A stretch of 64,000 nucleotides of DNA from Lama guanicoe (taxonomy: Eukaryota). Positions 1-11,523 of the stretch are shown here, piece after piece (position 1 is the first letter of the stretch; each line of letters starts with the position of its first letter). Under the pieces are notes generated by a model. It made no database searches. It saw only the letters and a program-made list of their open reading frames with translations, and was not told the origin of the DNA. The DNA lies in contig MU054098.1 of assembly GCA_013239625.1 (NCBI GenBank), forward strand, positions 2,605,104 through 2,669,103, given 5' to 3'. The translations under genes were made by a program, and so were the position numbers.

Positions 1-1152
1 TGTTGTGAGATGCAAAGGCCATTCTCTAAGAAGGAGGACCCCAGTGTCCATGGGCTTATCTGAAGGGTAGCTCTTCTTCCAAATGGAAGTGAGGGTACTG
101 TATGGCATGCAATTAGAATGATCAGTGAATTTCTTGAATGTGTACTTGGTCCCTCTCTGTTTTGATATGAGGGTCCTCCAACTATTACATTCTCCCCCTC
201 TGGTATTTATAAATTTACTGTGGCTGTACCAGTCCACATTTTGTCTAAATTCATCATTGCTCCTAGTTCTCCATAGTTAAGATTTCTATATCAAGGTTGC
301 AGCAGGTTCTCTTATCATAAGCCTATCAGTTATTCTTCAGAAATGTAGTTATACCCAAGAGGGTGTACTTTATCCACTTCTACTGTGGACTATCATCTCT
401 AAGCCTGTGCCATAAGTGTTTGACATTCCATAGGTGAATCATTTTTGTTAGGGCTTTCTCTAGTCCTTCTAGTACTAGTACTTTTCTCTTGTTATTTGCT
501 GTAACTTGCCATTTCCATTTGGGGAACAATATTGTAGAGTAGTTGTGATGTGAGTCAGCATTTGAGGGAACAATCCTGCATTGGCCTCAGCTTTTTCAAA
601 GGTTTCTCCCTAGCAAGAGTTATCTGTAAACCTTCCTTTTTGCAGTTTTACTATCTGATAGATGTTGGTTTTTCAGAATTATTTCCTCTAGTCTGCTATA
701 GCATCCTTTGGCTGACACGTTCTGTCCAAAAGGACAAGTAATTAGTTATAACTTTTCAAGTAAAATTGCCCCAATATTGTCTTATTAATGTGAACTTATT
801 CACTATAATGCCATCCTGGGGGACAGTCCCCTTCTAGTGTCCACTCATTGTAGAATGGTAAAACTGGGCCCCAAGACGTGATAGAGTTCATCAGGTCTTC
901 ATTCCATTGTTATGTAAGGAGTTTCTTTTCTTTGCTATTGTTCGTGCCTGTTATCAGAAATCCCAGCAAGAGGACAACTACAGGTAAAGAACCATATTGC
1001 TAGTCAGAGATTTTGAAATAAATACAAAGAAGAAAAGAGACCAGCGTCTGGTGGAAATAAATCAAATCTTACTTGTTCGATAAGAGATTAATAATGAAAC
1101 TGTGCAGAACTAGGAGAAAAACTCTTATGGCTAGTATTCAGGAAAACCAGAC

Positions 1153-1158
1153 TTTATT
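1153..1158 (-). terminator. Candidate polyadenylation signal (AATAAA) for TRPC5OS
   Basis: Plus-strand TTTATT 50 nt downstream of the TRPC5OS stop codon. Confidence 0.45.
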
Positions 1159-1207
1159 TGAAACAGAAATTATCAGATCTCACATGCTGGTGGGGACAAA
1201 TTAGGTC

Positions 1208-1582
<375 letters not shown>

Positions 1583-1871
1583 TCAGTAGATAAAATATTA
1601 CTAAAAGCTACAGTAAATGGACTCTAGGTGACAATGGAACTTATGGGGCTGGCAAAGGTTCTATGGTTGGTTTGGTTGAAAAATGAGGCTGTTGATATGA
1701 TGATGATGATCAAGTACAGAATGAGGCCAGTGGTCCTCTAGTGCTTTCTGATAAAGTTGGTGAACCTCCCACAAAATGTATATATGGTATTCCTGTTTGT
1801 ATTGGTAGTGATTGCTATTATAATGACCATCAGACAGATTGTCACAGCCAAGAGAAAACAGCAAAGCAGAT

Positions 1872-1904
1872 CTAATAATAGAAAAGAGAAATATAAAGTT
1901 AGTA
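1872..1904 (-). promoter_or_regulatory. Candidate splice acceptor for the TRPC5OS coding exon (branch point, pyrimidine tract, AG)
   Basis: Minus strand reads TACTAAC (1904-1898) TTTATATTTCTCTTTTCTATTATTAG, then exon from 1871. Confidence 0.55.
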
Positions 1905-1919
1905 TCCTTGAGCCTTTAT

Positions 1920-3200
1920 GCATCCTACAGGTTCTGGCTATAGGACAAGGTTGAAAGAGCACCCCTAGCTATTGCTCCTCCTTTCTTGGTGGTTTTATGA
2001 GGATCTACTACTCAAACTCTCCTTTACACTTCTCATAGTCTTTACCTCTTCTTATAGGATTTGAGAACAAAATGAGCAGAGGCAATGTCTATCTTTCTTG
2101 AGTATCTCTATTGAGGAAGATACATTCACTCAGAGTCTTTCAATTAATTCTGTCTTTACTAGTACCTTTGCCTCATTGCCATTTATATCTGGTGATGCTA
2201 AATTCTGTGTTTTTAACAATTCAGTACTAAAGGTTCCAATTGCCACTGCAGTCTGGGGATTATGGTAAATAAAAGTCTCTCATTCTGTTTCCAAATTTTG
2301 TATAACTTCTGTTATAAAATTAGTTCTTCAGTCATCTCCTATTACTGCCAATATTCCATATCTAGCAGCTAGTTCTCCCAATTTTATCCAAAGCCATGGT
2401 CATACTATTCTCATCTGCATGTCTGGTATGCTCTGTAAACCCTCTTCCTAATTTTATACTTCTTTCAAGTAATATTCTTTGTTTAAAAATCTAGAGAATG
2501 GGGGGGAGGGTATAGCTCAGTGTTAAGAGTGCCTGCTTAGCATTCACGAGGTCCTGGGTTCAGTCCCCAGTACCTTCATCAAAAATTAATAAATAAACCT
2601 AGTTACCTCCCCCCTAAAAAGAAAAAGAAAAAAAATGACCTTAAAAATCTAGAGAATGGCCCAATATAATCTACCTATCACATTTGTCTAGTTTACCATC
2701 CGTCACTTTCCTTAAAAATGAGTTTGTTTAGGATGCAAGTTTTTAGTAATTTGACATATATTGCTTACTTACTTGATTCATAGATTTTTTTTCACTCTTT
2801 CTCCTCTGCAAACCTAGAGTATTCATGTGCACATGGTCTGAGATTTCACATGCCCATTCTGCAACCTTAAATTAAACTGACAAGGGAGCTGAGCTGAGGC
2901 TTGGAGTTCCCAAGACTACAGAGTCTGCATTAGTCTGGAGGGGTCAGATTGTCCCCTCTTTTATTCTAAATAGATTATACTGTCTTTCGTCTGTGACGAG
3001 CTGGTACATGTCCTACATGAGTTGCTAAATTCATTTCATTGATTTCTTTTCATATCTCCCTTCACCAGAATTGTTTTTCCTGCAATAGTCTAGTCTGTAG
3101 TTTTCCATTTATTAGAGACTCTATCTCCAGTCCATGACCCATCAGTATAGCTATATACTTTTGGCCAGTTGTTTTCTTAGGCATATATACATATTAAATT
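1920..3200 (-). mobile_element. Decayed class III (ERV-L/ERV-S-like) endogenous retrovirus pol remnant: RNase H and integrase
   Basis: Collinear minus-strand motifs with stops and frameshifts. RNase H: NNWPKVYSYTDGSW (YTDGSW at 3149-3132), KWKTTD*TIAGK, HVGHVPA (3019-2999). Integrase zinc finger: VAEWACEISDH (2865-2833), SNICQ. Integrase core: **VDYIGP (2674-2657), GRGFTEHTRHAD, RYGILAVIGDD*RTNF (RYG..GDD at 2363-2331), YHNPQTA (2267-2247), LLKT. Integrase C-terminal domain: VDPHKTTKKGGAIARGALST (2008-1949). Confidence 0.82.
2501..2642 (+). mobile_element. tRNA-derived SINE (camelid Vic-1 type) with target-site duplication
   Basis: GGGGAGGGTATAGCTCAGTG (A box), GGTTCAGTCCC (B box), A-rich tail. 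Flanking repeat AAAAATCTAGAGAATG at 2485-2500 and 2643-2658. Confidence 0.88.
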
Positions 3201-3759
3201 TCTAGCTACCAGCCTGTAAAGCCAGGCTGGTTTCCTTTCCCCAGCCTTAGTCAAGTTTTTTCCTAGTGGAGAGTATTAGGAAGCAGGCATCCATCTCACT
3301 TTCAGGATACTGCCAAATCTATCACTGCCCTGTTTCGAGCAGTTCTGACCAGAGTGGGGCCCAGCAAGGCACAGGCTTTACCCCAGCTAACTGTACTCCT
3401 TAAAACTTTATTGGAGCACAGCAAATCATCAGCAAGCTGGTCTGTGATTTTCACATGTAGCTTGCTGGTTTCCACAGGGTATGGTTTGACCCACTCAGTT
3501 ATATGCTATCTTCACTTAGCATGTCCTGTCAGAACCACACACTTTTTGTCCAAAATCCTAACAGGAGACATGGGGTTTACCCTGATGATAAGGGTCAGAA
3601 CCATAATAACCAGTAGACATGATTTTGGTTGGATGCAACTTTCCACCTGAAACATGGGAGAATGGGTACTAGACGCATGCAGTTTATTTTCTTAACTCAG
3701 AGGATCTCTGCTTTTGTGTATTGTGTTCTCTTAGGCATATATACATATTAAGTTTCTCT

Positions 3760-3954
3760 ATTTTTTATTGAAGCATAGTCAGTTTACAATGTTGTGTCAA
3801 TTTCTGGTATACAGCACAATGCTTCAGTCATACATGAACATATATTCATTTTCATATTCTTTTTCACCATAAGTTACCTCAAGATACCGAATATAGTTCC
3901 CTGCACTATACAGTATGAACTTGTTGTTTATCTACTCTCTCTATATATATATCA
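3760..3954 (-). mobile_element. 5'-truncated lineage-specific L1 3' end
   Basis: Reverse complement of the L1 3'UTR seen elsewhere in the window (CAGAAATTGACACAACATTGTAAACTGACTATGCTTCAATAAAAAA). Flanking repeat GATCTCTGCTTTTG at 3703-3716 and 3955-3968. Confidence 0.8.
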
Positions 3955-4100
3955 GATCTCTGCTTTTGGATTAGAGAAAAAGCAGACTGGTAGAAGGAAA
4001 TAATGGGGAAAAAATCATGAAAGGAGTTTGGCATTAATGTAGAGCATGAATCAGCCCATCAGCAGAAAGACCCAGAAGGTATGTATTAAATAGTACTAGA

Positions 4101-4159
4101 ATTATGCTGTGCACCAGAAATTGACACACTTCAACTGACTATACTTCAATAAAAAGAAC
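4101..4159 (+). mobile_element. Very short L1 3'-end insertion
   Basis: ATTATGCTGTGCACCAGAAATTGACAC...CTATACTTCAATAAAAA, flanked by AGTACTAGA repeats. Confidence 0.65.
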
Positions 4160-5392
4160 AGTACTAGAGAGCACCATCACATTTTTCAAAGGAAGCAATA
4201 ACCCACTATGATGCCCATAGCCCAAGGGCACAAGAGGGTGATAGAAACATACACAAAACCTATTCAACTTCTGGCTCCCCTTTCACCCAGTTTGTTTTCT
4301 CAGCTTTTCTACCTCCCTCTTGGATTCTTTTATTAATCCTCTTGGTCGATACACCTCCATTCATTCACCTCCGAGTTTTCATTCTATTTCATTCTCTCTG
4401 TATCTCTACCTCCCACTACCGCTTCCCATCATCTTTCATTCCATCTCTCCCTAAACTGGGCAAAATGTAGGACTAAATTAGAGTTCATTTATCAAATTGA
4501 CATTGTATTTATAAAGTTTTACATTACACAATCTAAAGGTAAAAAGCAGAGAGGTAGAACATTTCATACGTTGCTACCTTGTAAAGACTAATGTCATTAC
4601 CTATTATTTATGCAGTCCTTGATTTATTTTATCTATCACTTGGTCACCTTTGATGGGAAAAAAAATCCCTGACCTAGCCTTAATGCCACTGACCACCATG
4701 TTAACTAACCCACAATTTGCTATCTTCAAAGCATCTTGGAACCTAGGAGCTGGGGGCATGGGGAGAGCTGGGAGGGTGTTGAGAAATTCCTAAGTACTGT
4801 AGTGCTAGGAAAGAGTAAGAATTTATTCCAGTTACGATCATTTCCAAGCAACCAACTCATGATCCTAAGGTGTTTGCTTAAAGGTACATTTTGGATAGTC
4901 TGCTCCTAGTCCCATCTCACTTTAAGGACCTTTTTTTTTTTTAACTAGCTCTTCCTCTTGCCTGGAATCCCTTCCCTACTCCCCTCCAAAAATGGCTTCT
5001 TGCCATTCTGTCGCAGCTTAAACATCTCAACTTTCTGATCCTTCAACCTGAAAAAGCCTCCCAATCATCCCTTTCTCATTATGCATACAGCACGTTTTTT
5101 GCATTTTAGCACCTTTAATCACCTCGTATTTTCTTGTTTATTCATTTATCTTTCTGTCTCCCATACCACCTCACATACACATAGACTAAAATATAAGTGC
5201 CATGAGATTAGGAAGCTTGTCTGTTTTGTTTTCTGCTGTATCCCCAAGGTATAGAAGAGAAGCTATCACATAGTAAGTAACCAGTAAGCATTGTTAAAGA
5301 AAGGAAGGAAGGGAAGAAGGGAGAAAGGAACAACTTTTAACTCAGTAAATATTATCAAGTTTCAAACATGCATGGATAGCAGTGGGTACAAA

Positions 5393-6340
5393 GTTAAACC
5401 AATTCATCAAAACACATGGTTAATAAAATGAGCAGGCAATGCACTGAGAGAAAATACTCACAAAATATATCTGACAAAGAACCTGGAACCAGCATACATA
5501 AAAAGCTCCTACAACTCAATAATAAAAAGATAAACCAATTTAAAATAGGCGAAAGAGTTGAACAAACATTCCACAAAGAAAAATAAATAGCTAATAAGTA
5601 CATAAAACATATTCAATATTATTAGTCACCAGAGAAATGCAAAGTAACATCACAATGAGATACCACAACACAGTCACTAGACTGGCTAAAATTAAAGAGT
5701 GACAACACTAACTATTGGCAAAGATGTAGAGCAACCAGAATTCTCACACATTGCTGGTGGGAGCCTAAAGTAATACAACCTCTTTAAAAACGTCTGGCAG
5801 TTTCTTATAAAACTAGGTAAGCACCTATCTAGCTCCAGCAATTCAACTCTGAAGTGTCTAGACAAGAGAAATGAAAGTTAACCAAAAGACTTTTACACAA
5901 ATGGTTATAACAGCTTTACTCATAATGGTCAAAAAAAAGTGTAAACAGCCCTGGTGTCAATCAAAAAGAGAATGGATAAACTGTAGTATATTCATACACC
6001 ATGATACTAATCAGCAATAAAAATAAAGCCACTACTGATAGAGACAACAACATAGATGGAGATCAGAAACACACTTAATGAAAGAAGCCAGACACAAAAG
6101 AATGCCTGTTGTATAATTCCATTCATATGCAATTCTAGAAAAATGATCTATGGTGGAAATATCAAAATAGCAGTTGCATCTAGGGGAGTGGGAACTGACT
6201 GGAAGAGGCTAAAAGAACATTCTGATGATAATAATCATGTTTTAGATAGAGTTTGGGGTTACACGAGATTATGCATTTGTCAAAACTCATTCAATGAGCT
6301 TAATATGTGTGCATCTCACTATATGTAAATTTTACTCCCC
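5393..6340 (+). mobile_element. Old L1 (L1M-type) ORF2 3' end and 3'UTR
   Basis: Typical L1 ORF2 C-terminal sequence (CACAATGAGATACCAC, ATTGGCAAAGATGTAGAGCAACCAGAATTCTCACACATTGCTGGTGGGA), degenerate. Confidence 0.85.
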
Positions 6341-6829
6341 CCCAAAAAGTAACCAAGTGTAATCCCCAGCCTCAAAAGCTATATATCAGATTGGATGACA
6401 TGCTTGTAAATCTTCCAATAAACAGTCACATTTATGGAAGACCTACTATAGTTTTAGTACTTTTTTAATATTAGTACATTTAATCCTCTTGATAAGCCGG
6501 GGAAGTTACAGACGGAAAAACTGAGGAATAGAGAAATTAAGTAATCTGTCCACAGTCACATGGTAAGTAAAGATACGCAATTGGAAGTCAGCCCAGTTGA
6601 TTCCTCAAGTCCTATGCTAGAGGGCACAAATTCAGGTGCCCACAGGGGCAAAATTTGCCTTATTCAGGCCAGAGCTGACATTTCATCATAAGCAGGAATA
6701 GAATTGAGAATTCCCATCATCTCATCTGATGGATAGCTTTTGGGGCTGGGGATGACATTAATTTCACTACTCATCCCTGGAAACGGACAGAATTCCAAGT
6801 TGACTGTGACTCCCAAGGCAGAGGGATAG

Positions 6830-7450
6830 GGCGAGCCAGGCCGGTCCCCTCAAGAAACGCCATTATCTGTGACAGGAATGTTATGTCCGTTTTACCAGCC
6901 CTCCCACTGACCTACTGAATTGGCCCACTCATAAACTCCTCACCTGTGAAAGAGCCAAGATGGACGACGAGAGGGCCGTTATGCCTACTAAACGTCTTCC
7001 GGACTTCCGCTTTCAAATGGGATGTAAACGCTCGCGTCACAACTAAAAAACAATAACCAAAAAATAATAATAATAAACTACAAAATCGATGGGTTTAAAG
7101 ATAGCCACAATCTGTGGAAACAAGGAACAGATGAACTAAAATTTCAGAGAGCGACAGCGAGTCCTTCCTAAGTCAGCTGATAACCACGGGCCTTCTTCAC
7201 TGAGACTTTTGCCAACTCTGGACCCAAGCTGAAGATTAGGTTTGGCCCCACGTCAGAGGGACGCTATTGGGGAAAATGAGAAATTCACATAAAGTTTGAG
7301 GCTAGCATAATGGGTCAGAAATTTGAGAAGCCTCAAACGCAGGGCAAGCTTTCCTCACCTGAAGTTAAACGCGGCCAGGCTGACGCCTGAGCGGGAAAGG
7401 CTGTGCGCAATCTCCGAAGTCTCACGATACTTTGCAGACAAACTCACGGG
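6830..7450 (-). promoter_or_regulatory. CpG-enriched candidate promoter/first exon (antisense, TRPC5OS) overlapping an old L1 5' end
   Basis: Local CpG excess, tandem ETS motifs GCGGAAGTCCGGAAG (7010-6996), and a minus-strand donor CAG|GTGAG at 6944/6943. Confidence 0.5.
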
Positions 7451-7539
7451 AGAAAGAGAGACTGCCGTAAATACACTACTGGTCTCTCCCTCAAAACTTT
7501 ACTTTACTTGGAAGTTGAGAGGGCATTGGAAGGCTAATG

Positions 7540-8795
7540 AGTTAATAAGCTCAAAACCATCCCCAAACGGCACTTGACAAAGTGATTCTAAAATACATAA
7601 CGATATATAAAGGGCTTAGCATAGCCAAAACATCTTAAAATTGGAGGGCGTATTTTATCAGATATCAAGGCTAGCTATACAGCTACAGTTATACGACAGC
7701 ATGATACTGGCACAAGGACAGAAAATCAATGGAACCATGACCCTTACCTTACACCAGATACCAAAATAATAATAATAATGATAAGAAGAATTTGAAATAG
7801 ACCATAGACCTAAATACGAAGGTAAAAAAGTAAATCTTCTAGATGAAACCGTAAGTGAATATCTTCATGACCTTCAGTAGTCAAACAGTTCTTATTCAAC
7901 ACAAAGGCATTAATTATGAAAGAAGGTTGATCAATTAGATTTCATTAAAATTAAGAACTTCCATTTATCAAAAGACACCTTAGGAGGGTGAAAAGGCCAA
8001 CCACAGACTGGGAGAAAATATTCACATACCTATATATAACAAAGAATTTGTATCTAGTATATACATATATTTGAATCTCCTTCAAATCAATGAGAAAAGA
8101 TAGACAATCCCCCTTTTTTAAAATAGAACAAAGAATTGAATGGCACTTCACAGACAAGAACTCCCAAATGACCTACAAGCATGTAAATAGATTTTCATCA
8201 CTATTGCTCATCAGGAAAATGTAAATTAAAACTACTACGAGACACACAAAACCCCACTAGAAAAGCTAAAGTTGAAAAAACTAACAATACCAAGCATTGA
8301 GAAGAACATGGAACAACTGGAACTCTCATGCATTGTTGCTGAAAGTGTTAAGTAGTACAACTACCTTGGAACTGTTGGACAGTATCTACTAAAACGAAAC
8401 ATACCTCTATTGAATGACCTTGTCATTCTACTCCTCAGTGTATAAAATAAAAAGTTACAAATGTCCACAGAAATACACGTAGAAGAATGTTGAAAGAAAC
8501 CAGATGCATAAAAGTACATATCATACAATTCCATTTATATGAAATTTAAGAACAGGCAAAAGAATCTGTAAAACAAAAGTGAATGCAGTGGTCACCTCTG
8601 AGCTGGGGGTTGGGGATGTTATCAACTGAAAAGAAATGTAAGGCAGCCTTCCATGATGCTGGAAATGTTCTGTCTTGATATAATGACACTTTAAATAAAA
8701 AAAAAGCATTCAAAAATAAATAAATAAATAAAAAGCATTCAGCTATACCCTTAAAATTTATGCACTTCACCCTATGTATTCTGTATCTCAAAAAA
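7540..8795 (+). mobile_element. Old L1 (L1MC/ME-type) ORF2 3' portion and 3'UTR
   Basis: Degenerate L1 ORF2 sequence (GATACTGGCACAAGGACAGA, TTCATTAAAATTAAGAACTTC, GGAACAACTGGAACTCTCA). Confidence 0.85.
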
Positions 8796-10310
8796 TTATT
8801 TTATTTTTAATTTTTCTAATTTTGAGTCTCTTTCCTATAAAACCAGGAAAGACAAGACAGTGATGAGAGTCTTGCCAGGGTTCGGCAAGCCAATCACAGC
8901 TAATAGAAATGGAACGAAGTCTGAAGATACAGAGAAGGGTCCCTTGGCCTACTTCATGGCAGGGTTAAGGAAAGCAAGAGATCTTTATAGCTAGATGGAG
9001 TTCTAAATTGACAGAAGATGAGAGAACTCATATCTTATAAGTCACTCAGAAAGACAGCTGGGACATAGGCCGTGCTGTCTATCTGATAACTAGAATCTTT
9101 AACCCCATAGATTGTTATTACTGTCACTCTTATGACATTTTTGTCAGCACAACTAATCAAAAGCCCCCATTTTTCTTTCAGTTGATAGTCCCATCCTGCT
9201 ATTTTGTGATGTTTGTAACTGGCAAACTGGCAATAAGTGTCTTAACAGGAGGATGGAAAAGGAGCAAAGGAATCCAAATCCTCTGGGTCTATGTTTATAG
9301 TCGATAAGTGTCTCTGCATCAGGCAAGGTAAATTAGTTCATATCCAATGGGAACAGAGGCAGTTATGTGGGAGAGATTAAAATGTGCCTTCGGTAAGTCT
9401 AGGCATCAGTTTCCTATTTACAAGCAGTAAAATTTTTTATAATGCTCCCTTTCCTTATGCTGCAGTACCATTTGGATACATGCATTCAACATAGTTTTTT
9501 TAAACACCCCCAGACACTACTTCTCATTGCCTTCCCCACCCTTGAGGAAAACATCAAGAGGTCCTTGTCCCCAAAGGGTGAATTTTATAATTTTTACATA
9601 GCAGGAGCTCTCTGAGGGGCTACAATGAACAAAGCAACAGGATCTGCCCTTTAAACTCTTTAAAAAAAAAAGCTACAAACCTTTGCATTTAAAAAGAAAA
9701 CCTGTGTGCAATAAGGCATTTGCCTATTATAGGATCTGACATTTAAAATCCCCATGAACCATCTTTAATTTATCAGGAAAGAAAGGAAAGGATTGTGTGG
9801 CTGAGGAGCTAAACATGGTCCCTTCTTGAAAATAGATGAAAAATTCAAAACAGAACTGAAAAAATGGGGAGTAGGAAACGTCCTTATGGTCAATTTCTAC
9901 TGAATTTCTCTTCCTTCTCCTCCAAATTTGTTCAGTGCTGCAGAGAGAATCATAGATTCTTGTTTACCCTTCAGAAAAACAACTTAGTCACTGGAGAAAA
10001 ACAACCACTTTAAAAAAATGTATCTCTTGGTTATTTTCCTAGACTGACAAATATTTCCCTCAAAACACTATTCAAATATGAAGACAACAACCTCATCTTG
10101 ACTTAGTGGGACCCTGCACAGATTTGTCCCAGAATCTTGGCTGTTGTGAGAAGCCCACAGGCCCCCAGGGAGCTTGTAAAGAGCTATGATACTTCTAGAA
10201 GGAGTCTTGGCTTTTAAATATTACCAGTGCAGAGAACAGAGTCTAAAACAAGGGAAATAGTATCTGCAAATCTAGAAATCCCAATTTATCACTCCTCATC
10301 TTCTTTCTAC

Positions 10311-10495
10311 TTATATATAAAATGAACAACAAGGTCCTACTGTATAGCACAGGAAACTATATTCAATATCTTGTAATAGCCTATAATGAATATGAAAAGG
10401 AATATATATATATGTATAACTGAATCACTATGCTGTATACCAGAAATTAACACAACATTGTAAATCAGCTCAATTTTTAAAAATAAAGAAAACAA
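10311..10495 (+). mobile_element. Lineage-specific L1 3' end
   Basis: AACAACAAGGTCCTACTGTATAGCACAGGAAACTATATTCAATATCTTGTAATA...A-rich tail. Confidence 0.8.
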
Positions 10496-11330
10496 AAATA
10501 AGGGAAGTAAAAACAGAAATTGAAGGAAATAGGAAAAGGAATTCTATTCTCAAGTCTTCCCTCAGCTTTCTGAGAGGGAAAAAGGAAAATTGTTTTTGTT
10601 TGTTTGTGTATTATCTTTGGGAGAGACAGTAGAAAAACAATCTTAGTGGTTGTAACAGTAGGGTCTGTGGCAAACAGACCTATATTTGAATTTCAACTTC
10701 TTCACTTACTAACTGGAAGGTTGCTAAACTACTCTGCCTCAGTTTCCTCACCTGTAAAGTGAAGATAACAGTTGTGAGAATTACGTGAGTTTAGAATGGT
10801 ACGTGATATATAGTAAGCTCTTAATAAATGCTAGCTAATGTAATTATCCTGGAGAAGTTCTGGGATCCAAGAAACAGTGTGTGCTGCATCCTGGGTACTG
10901 ATTAGTGATCCCTGGAAGGTAGGAGGGGAGACAGCTGCAGGCATTACAAAAACCAGAAGGAAGTATCAGAGATACAACTCATTTCATCGTTAGAACAAAC
11001 ATGACTTTGAACTTGGATAAAAATGTGAGGGAGCAGGACTGACTTGTGGCTCTAGTTCACATATAACGCTTTTGGGATACCTAAGACCAGTCACGTAGGG
11101 AGGGAATCCTCAAGGATTAATGGATCTTCCTAGCCTAATTCACTCTCCTATGGGAAGTACTTGCTCATTCTGGCCCTGAGCTCTGGCAGGTGAAAGCTGA
11201 CTACACTTCAGGCTGCCCATTGTTTATTCCTCCAACTCGTTGCAAGCTGTGTGAAGAAGGCCCTCCACTTGGTACAATAGCAATGAATCTTCTGAAGCAT
11301 TATTAACTAACTATTCCTTGGAAACATCCA

Positions 11331-11523
11331 CAGTTGACCCTTGAACAATGTGGGGGTTAATCCTCTTGGAATTTATAGCTGGCCCTCCGTACCCATGGTT
11401 CCTCTACATATGCTGATTCAACCAACCACAGACCATGTAGTTCTGTAGTATTTAATACTGAAAAAAATTCCACATGTAAGTGGCCTGCACAGTTCAAACC
11501 AACCTTGTCTGAGGGTCAGCCTG
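11331..11523. mobile_element. Tigger-derived MITE (MER8-like)
   Basis: Imperfect terminal inverted repeats CAGTTGACCCTTGAACAA ... TTGTCTGAGGGTCAGCCTG. Confidence 0.7.

Noticed and set aside
860..915. QWNED...GPV resemblance to foamy virus Env
   Set aside because: Too short to support a spumavirus assignment, and the integrase motifs are ERV-L/S-like. Kept only as generic env-like.
1661..1864. Resemblance of QLYQKALEDHWPHSVLDHH to hepadnavirus core protein
   Set aside because: Only a few residues match, with no other hepadnaviral features. The flanks are retroviral.
2501..2580. tRNA gene (also at 40727 and 55304)
   Set aside because: A/B boxes are followed by a SINE body, A-rich tail and TSDs, so these are tRNA-derived SINEs.
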